A stretch of DNA of 13,849 nt from Candidatus Babeliales bacterium (GTDB lineage Bacteria > Babelota > Babeliae > Babelales > Vermiphilaceae): assembly GCA_044451405.1 (NCBI GenBank), contig JBIOKB010000024.1, positions 1-13,849 of the forward strand, given 5' to 3'. A program made the position numbers and the translations under genes. Below are positions 1 through 7,404 of this stretch, piece after piece; within the stretch, counting starts at the first letter, position 1; each line of letters begins with the position of its first letter. Below the pieces are notes generated by a model that did no database searches, was not told the origin of the DNA, and saw only the letters and a program-made list of their open reading frames with translations.

Positions 1-273
1 AATCCGATCTATGTTGATGTTCTTCAACAGCATGGCTTGGTATTTTCTGGCTATCATGAACGGGAAGATGGCACGCGGCTTATGGAATTTTTGGAACTTC
101 CGGATCATCCATTTTTTGTGGCAACCCAAGCGCATCCTGAATTTAAAAGTAGATTAGGTAATCCGCATCCGATGTTTGTTGGATTTGTAAGCGCTGCACT
201 CAAGCGGCATGCGCAGGGTGTGCAGCCTGTACCAGTTACATCTGGCGTTCAAAAACAACACGTTTTTGTATAA
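1..273 (+). CDS. pyrG: CTP synthase, C-terminal glutamine amidotransferase domain (5'-truncated by window edge)
   Basis: Frame open from base 1 ([17 protein letters not shown]…); contains [21 protein letters not shown]…PHPMF, the typical PyrG end with the catalytic HPE; stop TAA 271-273. Confidence 0.96.
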   Translation, partial: NPIYVDVLQQHGLVFSGYHEREDGTRLMEFLELPDHPFFVATQAHPEFKSRLGNPHPMFVGFVSAALKRHAQGVQPVPVTSGVQKQHVFV

Positions 274-296
274 AAAAAGGCGCTCTTATGAGCGCC
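272..296 (-). terminator. Intrinsic terminator between convergent pyrG and 320..1174
   Basis: GGCGCTC-TTAT-GAGCGCC (279-296), a perfect 7-bp stem, preceded by A7 (272-278), which gives a U-tract on the minus strand. Confidence 0.8.
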
Positions 297-319
297 CGTA
301 CAGTTTCTTGTCTAGAGTG

Positions 320-1174
320 TTATCCACGATACGGTGGTGGGAATTGACCACGATCCCGCATATCATTTTGCAAGCGTCTCCAATTATCATCTTGGCGTGC
401 TTGCCACATGCCATCGCGACCATCTTTATTGTGCATCGTTTGTACTACGTTGTTGATCTGTTCTCTGGTGCGCTCACCTTCACTGCGTGATGCACGTGTT
501 GTATCTTTAAACATCGCTTCCATCCAAGAGCGGTTGTTTGTTTGCTCTTGTACAACGCCGCGCACTTCACTAGTCAGCGCTTGTAGTTGTTGTTGTGTAT
601 TTATTTCTGCATTAAAGCGCGCTTGCTGTTGGGCAATGGTACGATGGTGTTCAATTTGCTTGGTGATCTCTGCGCTGAGCAACAGATTTTTTTGTCGATG
701 TAGTTCTTTTATGTTGGTAAGCAGCGCATAGAAGTTTTCTTGTTCAGCAGGTTCAAGAGCACTGATGTTGACAGCAGCTAGTTTTGCCAGCGTTGCTTCA
801 AGCTCTTGATCGTAGGTAAAAAATTTAAGCTCTTTGTTACCATATTTGCCCGTGATGATGGTTACTAAGTCCCCCTTAGTAAGGGATTGTAATTGCCGTA
901 ATTCAGGAGCATATGATGCGTTGGTGTCAGCAATCAGGTGTTGTGCATATGCGCGATCACGCGCTTGTTGTGCAGCGATTTTTTGCGCAAGCTGCTCTTG
1001 GCGTTCCCGTTCCCATTTGCCTGTAATGGCAGGATAGATAAGATGTTCGATAGCAAGGATACCAAAAAAGGTTCCTGCTACGGCCACTCCAATTTTTTCG
1101 CCTTCAGTTAAACCCCGCGCAGAACTGGTAGCAATAAGAAGGAGCAGGGCGCACCTTTTAAAACGTTGGGTCAT
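320..1174 (-). CDS. Hypothetical exported/membrane-anchored coiled-coil protein with C-terminal PPPY
   Basis: 284-aa ORF with AAAGGA RBS; signal-like start (KRCALLLLIATSSARG), a second hydrophobic segment (IGVAVAGTFFGILAI), a long Q/E/A-rich helical region and its own terminator. Confidence 0.85.
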   Translation of the reverse strand: MTQRFKRCALLLLIATSSARGLTEGEKIGVAVAGTFFGILAIEHLIYPAITGKWERERQEQLAQKIAAQQARDRAYAQHLIADTNASYAPELRQLQSLTKGDLVTIITGKYGNKELKFFTYDQELEATLAKLAAVNISALEPAEQENFYALLTNIKELHRQKNLLLSAEITKQIEHHRTIAQQQARFNAEINTQQQLQALTSEVRGVVQEQTNNRSWMEAMFKDTTRASRSEGERTREQINNVVQTMHNKDGRDGMWQARQDDNWRRLQNDMRDRGQFPPPYRG

Positions 1175-1264
1175 ACAGATCCTTTACGTTAGAGACATGA
1201 TAGATACTACGTATAGTCTACCGTAGCTATGGGGAAAAGCTAGAAAAGTGCCGGTGGATACAAG

Positions 1265-1297
1265 TAAAAAGGCCCGTTGAAATAACGGGCCTTTTTA
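1265..1297. terminator. Bidirectional-type intrinsic terminator downstream of 1316..1840
   Basis: TAAAAAGGCCCGTT-GAAAT-AACGGGCCTTTTTA, a perfect 14-bp inverted repeat that includes the A/T tracts. Confidence 0.9.
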
Positions 1298-1315
1298 TTA
1301 TCTAATATTTAGAGC

Positions 1316-1840
1316 TTATGCTGCAGATGCAACTTCCGTATCTTGGAACTTAATGGTTGGTATCATGTCAGAAAATTGAAATGATTGCCAATCAGCGATC
1401 CCACCATTTATTTCTCTTACTGTTGAGCGCAAACCCGCTACAAAACCCAATGTTTTTAAGATTGGCTTTAAGTAGTAAGAATCAATATTGCCATAGAGAC
1501 CTTTAGCAGGAGCCTTTTTGGTTTCATCAACTATAACATAGCCATCTTTATCTACTTTGACTTTTGCATCTTCTTTTTTATGACCAATAAGACCATCAAT
1601 GATTAAGTATTTGAGGTTATGGAGTATGTTTTGGAAGCTAGCAAGTTCACAGATATTATAGCGAACAGGATCATTGTTAGGTGTAGTATTGCAATATTTT
1701 AAAATAGAAGCTGCAAATAATACACCAGCAGCATATTTAGGAGCATTTCTATAGGTTATTGTTATTGCATGTGTTGCAGTAGAGCTCGTAAGTACGAGTG
1801 CGGTAAGCGTTAATGCTGCTAATTTCATCGAAAATTTCAT
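1316..1840 (-). CDS. Hypothetical secreted/membrane protein
   Basis: 174 aa; Sec-type signal peptide (MKFSMKLAALTLTALVLTSSTATHA), AAAGG RBS, candidate promoter upstream and strong terminator downstream. Confidence 0.85.
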   Translation of the reverse strand: MKFSMKLAALTLTALVLTSSTATHAITITYRNAPKYAAGVLFAASILKYCNTTPNNDPVRYNICELASFQNILHNLKYLIIDGLIGHKKEDAKVKVDKDGYVIVDETKKAPAKGLYGNIDSYYLKPILKTLGFVAGLRSTVREINGGIADWQSFQFSDMIPTIKFQDTEVASAA

Positions 1841-1879
1841 CTATAAGCCTTTCTTAGTTAGAAAATGAGGATGCTATTA

Positions 1880-1907
1880 ATGATAAAAGTATTGAAAAAA
1901 AGGTCAA
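1880..1907 (-). promoter_or_regulatory. Candidate sigma70 promoter for 1316..1840
   Basis: Minus strand TTGACC (1907-1902), 16-nt spacer, TATCAT (1885-1880). Confidence 0.5.
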
Positions 1908-1943
1908 TAAATAACGGTATTGGTGCGCATAAAGCGCACTATT

Positions 1944-3116
1944 TTACGCCATTAGATAGCTGGTAAGAGCCCCAATAAAGGTAAGGGCTACGGGAAGTTT
2001 TACCGGGGTAAAACCACACGTTTTATAGGCAATATTACAGAATGTTAAGGCAATAAGAACCGGGTAGCCAACATAGGTTATAATGCCGCCAGTGAGTGCT
2101 AAGACCTGTGAAAGACCAGCTATCGATAATGGCAAGCATGATGCTAAAACGATGATAAGGGATGGAACATAGGAAATGCGCTTATGAAAGATTTCCCCAT
2201 GCAGATATTCAGCTACTACCGCTGCTAAGGCGATAGCAGTTGATAGGCACGCCATAAGCACGGCAGTTGCTATAATAAATGCGCCATGGGCACCAAGAAC
2301 TTTGAATGAAATAGCTCTAAAAAGTTCTCCTGCATTACCATCATGAAATGCTTGCCCATGGTATGCGCCTAACAGGCTCATGCCCACATAGATGCATCCA
2401 AGGAGTGATACGCCTATGATACTTGCTTGTAATGCCATAGTAACCGCCTTTTTTTGCTCATAGGAAGAACCTAAGGTGTTTTTAAGCAAGGTGATAATGA
2501 TGGAAGAGAAAAAGAGAGCGCCGAGTAAATCGAGGGTCTCATAACCGCGCGTCAGGTTGCTGGTAAAAATGAAGCATGATGATGCTGCTTGATGAAGTAG
2601 ATCATCCGGAAAGAGTAATCCCTTAGTTATAATAATGAGTAGTGCAGCAAGAAGGCTTGGGCTGATGATATACCCCAAAAGCTGCATAATGCGGCTTTCT
2701 TTATAGGTGAGCACAAAAGTAATGCTTAAAAAGCAGAGGCTAAATATAAGCGATGAAAGAAGTGTCGTGTGATTGAGTAATGACCAGGGAAGAAAGGGCG
2801 CAATCATGGTATGGGATAGCGTGGTAATACGCGGGAGCGCAATAGCTGGCCCTATGATCATCATGCAGATAAAAATCATACTTGAGCCTATAGGTTTGCC
2901 CAGACGATTAAAGAATGCTTGGTAATCGCCATTAAACAAGATCATGCCGATAAAACCTGCAATGGGTAAACATACGGCAGTTATAAGAAAGCCAATAATA
3001 CCAATCCAAGTTTTATCACCAGAAACCATACCAACTTGGAGCGGGTACATTAAATTACCGGCACCAAAGAGCATAGAAAAGATAGCAAGACCAAGAGAAA
3101 TAAGCTGTGTATTCAT
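1944..3116 (-). CDS. brnQ: Branched-chain amino acid:cation symporter (LIVCS/BrnQ family)
   Basis: GLAIFSMLFGAGNLMYP, IGPAIALPR, GYETLDLLGAL and ACLSTAIAL match BrnQ motifs; polytopic hydrophobic protein of 390 aa. Confidence 0.93.
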   Translation of the reverse strand: MNTQLISLGLAIFSMLFGAGNLMYPLQVGMVSGDKTWIGIIGFLITAVCLPIAGFIGMILFNGDYQAFFNRLGKPIGSSMIFICMMIIGPAIALPRITTLSHTMIAPFLPWSLLNHTTLLSSLIFSLCFLSITFVLTYKESRIMQLLGYIISPSLLAALLIIITKGLLFPDDLLHQAASSCFIFTSNLTRGYETLDLLGALFFSSIIITLLKNTLGSSYEQKKAVTMALQASIIGVSLLGCIYVGMSLLGAYHGQAFHDGNAGELFRAISFKVLGAHGAFIIATAVLMACLSTAIALAAVVAEYLHGEIFHKRISYVPSLIIVLASCLPLSIAGLSQVLALTGGIITYVGYPVLIALTFCNIAYKTCGFTPVKLPVALTFIGALTSYLMA

Positions 3117-3192
3117 AAAAGCCTTTAGAAACTATTGTTGTTCGATTCTTTTGCTTTGTATGATCAAGCATAAGCTAAAAGAAGGAATAGAT

Positions 3193-5583
3193 ATGAATTA
3201 TATTAAGAAATTTGAAGATATTCAATTGAAGGATATCCCACAAGTAGGGGGCAAGAATGCTTCACTTGGTGAAATGATACGGCATTTATCAGGACAGGGG
3301 CTACGTATACCTACTGGATTTGCAACAACCGCTGATGCCTACTGGCACTTTATTACGGCAAACAATCTGTTATCTGAATTAAAGCGGATCATGAATACAC
3401 TCCCAAAAACACCGGATACCAAAGCGTTAGCACAGGTAGGTAGTGCGGTGCGCGCGCTCATTCTTAATGCGCGTATGCCGGATGATTTGGCACGCGAAAT
3501 TGTACAAGCATACCAAGAGCTATCAGCGCACTATCAGGAACAAAATCTAGATGTTGCGGTACGTTCATCAGCTACCGCAGAGGATTTGCCAAACGCCTCA
3601 TTTGCAGGGCAACAAGAAAGTTATGTGCATATTCATGGCGAACAAGAATTACTTGACCGTTGGAAGCGTTGTATTGCTTCATTGTTTACTGATCGAGCTA
3701 TTGCATATCGCATTGATAAAGGGTTTGATCATTTTGCCGTCGCCTTATCAGTTGGTGTACAAAAAATGGTGAGATCAGATAAAGCATGTGCTGGTGTAAC
3801 ATTTTCACTGGATACTGAAAGCGGATTTAAAGATGTGGTTATTATAAATGGCTCGTATGGATTAGGTGAATCGGTGGTGGCTGGTGAAGTTACGCCCGAT
3901 GAATTTCGTGTTTTTAAACCGACATTAGCAGGTGGGCATGACGCGATCATTGGTAAAAAACTTGGCGTTAAAAATACTAAACGCATCTATAGTGATGACT
4001 CTAATAATCCCGTTGTTATGGTGCCAGTATCAGAACAGGAGCAACAACAGTTTTGTTTGACTGATGCTGAAATTCTTGAACTTGCACGCATGACCGTTAT
4101 CATTGAAACCTATTATACCGGGCTTAAAAAAGAGTGGAGCCCTATGGATGTTGAGTGGGCAAAAGATGGTAACGATGGATTACTCTACATTGTGCAAGCG
4201 CGGCCTGAAACGGTCTACGCACATCATGATTATCATGAATTAATTCGCTATGAGCTTGATACTTCTGTAAAGAAAACAGTTTTAGTCACCGGGCAAAGTA
4301 TTGGGGATAAAATTGTAAGTGGTCCTGCACGCATTGTGCGCTCTATTGCTGAGAGCAGCAAAGTACAACAGGGTGATATTTTAGTAACTGAGATGACCGA
4401 TCCCGATTGGGTTCCCGTGATGAAAAAAGTAGCGGGCATTGTTACGGTACGCGGTGGTAGAACGTGTCATGCAGCAATTGTCAGTAGAGAATTGGGCATC
4501 CCTGCCATTGTTGGTGCGAGTAATGCGTTAGATGTACTTGCTGATGGACAACAATTGACGCTTGATTGCAGTGCTGGTGCACGTGGCGTTGTGTACGCAG
4601 GAGCCATACCCTTTAAAAAAACGGCAATCAAACTTACTGAAATACCAAAATCTCCCGTTACTCTTATGATCACGTTAGCTGATCCTGATAGTGCGTTTGC
4701 ACTTTCATTTTTGCCCGTTGATGGCGTTGGCTTAGCGCGTATAGAATTTGTAGTGAGTAATGCGATTAAAGTGCATCCCATGGCACTTATTGAGCCTACT
4801 AAAATAACTGATGCCAAGATTAAAAAAGAAATTGATGCGCTTGCTGCTGCATATCCTGATAAAAAACAATTTTTTATTGATACGTTAGCCTATGGCATTG
4901 GTACTATTGCTGCAGCATTTTATCCAAAGCCAGTGATTGTGCGCACCTCTGATTTTAAATCAAATGAATATCGTAATTTACTTGGTGGTTCCTATTTTGA
5001 ATTGGAAGAAGAAAATCCTATGCTGGGCTTGCGTGGTGCGTCACGGTATATTGATCCTTCATACAAGCCAGCATTTGCTCTTGAGTGTGCCGCGTTGACC
5101 AAAGTGCGTGAACGCATGGGACTCACCAATGTGATTGTTATGCTCCCCTTTGTGCGTACGGTTGCTGAGGCGCGTGCTGTTATTGCACTGTTGGCTGAGC
5201 ACGGATTACGCACAGGAGCACATGATCTTAAACTGTATATGATGTGTGAGGTTCCATCTAATGTGTTACTCATGCAGGAATTTAGTACCTTGTTTGATGG
5301 CTTTTCTATCGGTTCAAATGATTTAACGCAATTAACGTTGGGTATTGATCGCGATTCACCACAATTAGCACCGCTGTTTGATGAGCGGGATGCTGCAGTA
5401 AAACAGATGATGCAATTAGCGGTTAAAGGCGCACACCAAGCGCAAAAGCCTATTGGTATTTGTGGACAAGCGCCGTCTGATTATCCTGAAATTGCTGATT
5501 TTTTAATCGATGCAGGCATCGATTCTATTTCATTGAATCCTGATTCGGTGCTGCCATTTTTAATGTCAACCCGGCGAAGCTAA
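3193..5583 (+). CDS. ppsA: Phosphoenolpyruvate synthase (pyruvate, water dikinase), 796 aa
   Basis: VGGKNASLGEM, AVRSSATAEDLP.ASFAGQQE, DVEWA, QARPET, phospho-His motif GGRTCHAAI, EENPMLGLRG, FSIGSNDLTQ, GICGQ. Start moved to ATG 3193 (AAGGA RBS 3182-3186), which removes the overlap with brnQ. Confidence 0.97.
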   Translation: MNYIKKFEDIQLKDIPQVGGKNASLGEMIRHLSGQGLRIPTGFATTADAYWHFITANNLLSELKRIMNTLPKTPDTKALAQVGSAVRALILNARMPDDLAREIVQAYQELSAHYQEQNLDVAVRSSATAEDLPNASFAGQQESYVHIHGEQELLDRWKRCIASLFTDRAIAYRIDKGFDHFAVALSVGVQKMVRSDKACAGVTFSLDTESGFKDVVIINGSYGLGESVVAGEVTPDEFRVFKPTLAGGHDAIIGKKLGVKNTKRIYSDDSNNPVVMVPVSEQEQQQFCLTDAEILELARMTVIIETYYTGLKKEWSPMDVEWAKDGNDGLLYIVQARPETVYAHHDYHELIRYELDTSVKKTVLVTGQSIGDKIVSGPARIVRSIAESSKVQQGDILVTEMTDPDWVPVMKKVAGIVTVRGGRTCHAAIVSRELGIPAIVGASNALDVLADGQQLTLDCSAGARGVVYAGAIPFKKTAIKLTEIPKSPVTLMITLADPDSAFALSFLPVDGVGLARIEFVVSNAIKVHPMALIEPTKITDAKIKKEIDALAAAYPDKKQFFIDTLAYGIGTIAAAFYPKPVIVRTSDFKSNEYRNLLGGSYFELEEENPMLGLRGASRYIDPSYKPAFALECAALTKVRERMGLTNVIVMLPFVRTVAEARAVIALLAEHGLRTGAHDLKLYMMCEVPSNVLLMQEFSTLFDGFSIGSNDLTQLTLGIDRDSPQLAPLFDERDAAVKQMMQLAVKGAHQAQKPIGICGQAPSDYPEIADFLIDAGIDSISLNPDSVLPFLMSTRRS

Positions 5584-5587
5584 AATA

Positions 5588-5602
5588 GTGTGCCTAGCAC
5601 AC
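5588..5602 (-). terminator. Small hairpin just after the ppsA stop; possible weak terminator for the minus-strand operon
   Basis: GTGTGC-CTA-GCACAC, 6-bp stem; followed by TATTTT on the minus strand. Confidence 0.35.
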
Positions 5603-5611
5603 CACACTCCT

Positions 5612-5664
5612 GCGCAGCCCGCCGTAGCCTGCCGAGTCTGAAAACCCGGATAGGCGAAGGCTGG
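5612..5664 (-). repeat. Dispersed GC-rich hairpin repeat, copy A
   Basis: Reverse complement aligns ungapped to 9613-9665 at 42/53; nested stem with a GTA/GAA internal loop on the plus strand. Confidence 0.85.
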
Positions 5665-5715
5665 GAGGTTCTACTTCGATAGCAAGAGCGGAGAGGGGCG
5701 GGGCAAAAAATAAAA

Positions 5716-6663
5716 TTACTGAATAATGCAACATGAAGGTGAAGGTGTTGTTAATGCCTCTTCTCGCTCTTTGTGCTTTCTTTGCAACTCGGCGTCTGCG
5801 TCTGCAAGAATTGTGTCTATAAAGTGTTCATGAGGATCTACTTGGTAATCAGCAACAATACCGGCAGGGTCTTTAAAAAGTCCTACCTCTTGCAATATGG
5901 TTGCCACTGCATGATGGCGTGTTGTTCTTACCGTTTCTACCTCTGTTTGTGCTTGTTGTACTGTTTTTTTGATAAGATTAGCTTCTTCAAGAGCACGTAT
6001 TCCATTGTCACATGCTCGTTTGAAATGTTCATCAAGGGGTGCGCCTGCTTTAATAAGAGTATCAATTACTGTGCAGTTTTGTTTTGTCTCAAGGTGGTGT
6101 CTTTCTAAAACAAATGTGCAGGGAGATAGGCCATCACAAGTGCATGTATCTAGTTTGACACCCGCCTTACATAGTAGTGCGATTTGTTTTGATTTAGTTT
6201 CAGGAGATCTAAAACAATACCTATCATCCAAGATGTAACGTAACGCCTCTTGCGTATTTCCACCATGAGGGTCTGCTTTGTAATCAAGAAGACATCGTGC
6301 TATAGCATACGTGGAGGCCATACAAATAGTTGGTAGACGATATCCGTTGGGGTGCAGTAGGGTGAAGTTAGGATTTGCTTTATGTTTTAATAAAAATTTG
6401 ACTCTTTCTAATTGTCCATCGGGATCATCTAAAATAGAGTCCTGTAGTGTAGCTATTAAAAATGTTCCATTTTCATCTATTTCATCGGCACGAAAATCAT
6501 GTTTTATACCGAATAGCATAAGCTCCCATCGTCTTATATAACTAGTTTGAGGGTTACGGAACTCTCCTTTGATGATGGTAAGGAGATAGGGTTCTCTCGT
6601 TAATTGGGCAGAGAATAATGATAGGGTGTATACAGAAAGAATGCATAAAAAAGGTATGCGCAT
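5716..6663 (-). CDS. Exported ankyrin-repeat-like protein with C-terminal CaaX motif (315 aa)
   Basis: Degenerate ankyrin second-helix motifs VKFLLKHKANPN, ARCLLDYKADPH, IALLCKAGVKLD…DGLSP and IDTLIKAGAPLD; ATG 6663 has a GGAG RBS and a signal-like N-terminus; ends SCCIIQ*. Confidence 0.8.
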   Translation of the reverse strand: MRIPFLCILSVYTLSLFSAQLTREPYLLTIIKGEFRNPQTSYIRRWELMLFGIKHDFRADEIDENGTFLIATLQDSILDDPDGQLERVKFLLKHKANPNFTLLHPNGYRLPTICMASTYAIARCLLDYKADPHGGNTQEALRYILDDRYCFRSPETKSKQIALLCKAGVKLDTCTCDGLSPCTFVLERHHLETKQNCTVIDTLIKAGAPLDEHFKRACDNGIRALEEANLIKKTVQQAQTEVETVRTTRHHAVATILQEVGLFKDPAGIVADYQVDPHEHFIDTILADADAELQRKHKEREEALTTPSPSCCIIQ

Positions 6664-6728
6664 AATATACTCCAAGAACAAAATGTTATTTGAATAGTAT
6701 AAAGAGATATGCGCTGATAATAAAGCGG

Positions 6729-7007
6729 TTATTTATTTCCGTACTTTTTTAACTCTGCAATATTAACAAGCTTAGTTGGATCAGTGGTTACAAACTGAAC
6801 CAGCACATCGTCACGCCGATGGCCACATTCGGTGCACGTACCATTTTTCATGAGCTCATACGCTTGTTCACAGTGACAATTGCATTGAACAAAATGGTAT
6901 TTTTTGTAATCAAAACGTTGTTCAAGATGCATGCTTTTATCAAGGCACCCAATGCGGGCATACACAGGGGTAACAATAAACGTGAGAGTTAGAAGCCACA
7001 CTTTCAT
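6729..7007 (-). CDS. Small secreted Cys/His-rich protein (CxCxC…CxxCxH), 92 aa
   Basis: Signal peptide MKVWLLTLTFIVTPVYA; GAGGA RBS; start overlaps the upstream stop (ATGA at 7007-7004). Confidence 0.8.
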   Translation of the reverse strand: MKVWLLTLTFIVTPVYARIGCLDKSMHLEQRFDYKKYHFVQCNCHCEQAYELMKNGTCTECGHRRDDVLVQFVTTDPTKLVNIAELKKYGNK

Positions 7008-7195
7008 GCTTCCTCCTCTACCATTGCATCTTCGTTGTCCTCTTGAATGGGAGCAAACGATTGATGATAGTGTTCATCATATTCTGCGCTGAAAAAAGGC
7101 GGCGTGTTTTTATCAAGACGCCCAATGCAGGTAGGGCATGCTTGGAGTAACGGATGCATAAGAATTATGCATAAGAGTAGACGAATAACCTTCAT
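7004..7195 (-). CDS. Small secreted protein with N-terminal CPTC motif and acidic tail (63 aa)
   Basis: ATG 7195 has GGGAG 6 nt upstream; signal peptide MKVIRLLLCIILMHPLLQA followed by CPTCIG; translationally coupled to 6729..7007. Confidence 0.75.
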   Translation of the reverse strand: MKVIRLLLCIILMHPLLQACPTCIGRLDKNTPPFFSAEYDEHYHQSFAPIQEDNEDAMVEEEA

Positions 7196-7196
7196 T

Positions 7197-7295
7197 TTTT
7201 CTCCCATTTTTTAACAAAAGCATTACCGCTTTCTACCCCTATAGTACTAAAAATTATTTACTATTAGCAATGTTAAATTAAAAAAAGGGAGAAAA
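7197..7295. repeat. 17/18-bp inverted repeat (7197-7214 / 7278-7295)
   Basis: TTTTCTCCCATTTTTTAA versus TTAAAAAAAGGGAGAAAA (reverse complement TTTTCTCCCTTTTTTTAA), 63-nt spacer. Confidence 0.6.
7241..7270 (-). promoter_or_regulatory. Candidate sigma70 promoter for the small Cys-rich gene pair
   Basis: Minus strand TTGCTA (7270-7265), 18-nt spacer, TACTAT (7246-7241). Confidence 0.4.
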
Positions 7296-7350
7296 TTATG
7301 GGGGGAAAAGATATGCGTAGTATCCTGCGTTAAGGTTGTAGGTGACGTCA

Positions 7351-7404
7351 GCCAGGCGTAGCTTAACAAACCTTCGATAGATATTCCCTAAAGCGAAGCG
7401 TGGC
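7351..7404 (-). repeat. Dispersed hairpin repeat, copy C (outer arms only), overlapping the galU stop
   Basis: GCCAGGCGTAGCTT (7351-7364) … AAGCGAAGCGTGGC (7391-7404); the left arm matches the reverse complement of copy B (GCCAGGCGAAGCTT) at 13/14. Confidence 0.65.

Noticed and set aside
2944-3192. 83-aa N-terminal extension of PpsA in the ORF track
   Set aside because: Overlaps brnQ on the opposite strand; PpsA homology and a clear RBS begin at ATG 3193.
7154-7176. ATGCATAA-GAA-TTATGCAT palindrome and ATGCATAAGA direct repeat
   Set aside because: Lies within a signal-peptide coding region, is AT-rich and can be explained by repeated codons.
7298-7333. Micro-ORF MGGKDMRSILR after a GGGAG RBS on the plus strand
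   Set aside because: Only 11 codons, with no downstream gene to attenuate; unsupported as a CDS and noted only within the inverted-repeat finding.
7301-7388. Assignment as SRP RNA, 6S RNA or hammerhead ribozyme
   Set aside because: Lacks the SRP helix-8 GNRA/AGCAG motif and the hammerhead CUGANGA/GAAA core, and is too short for 6S.
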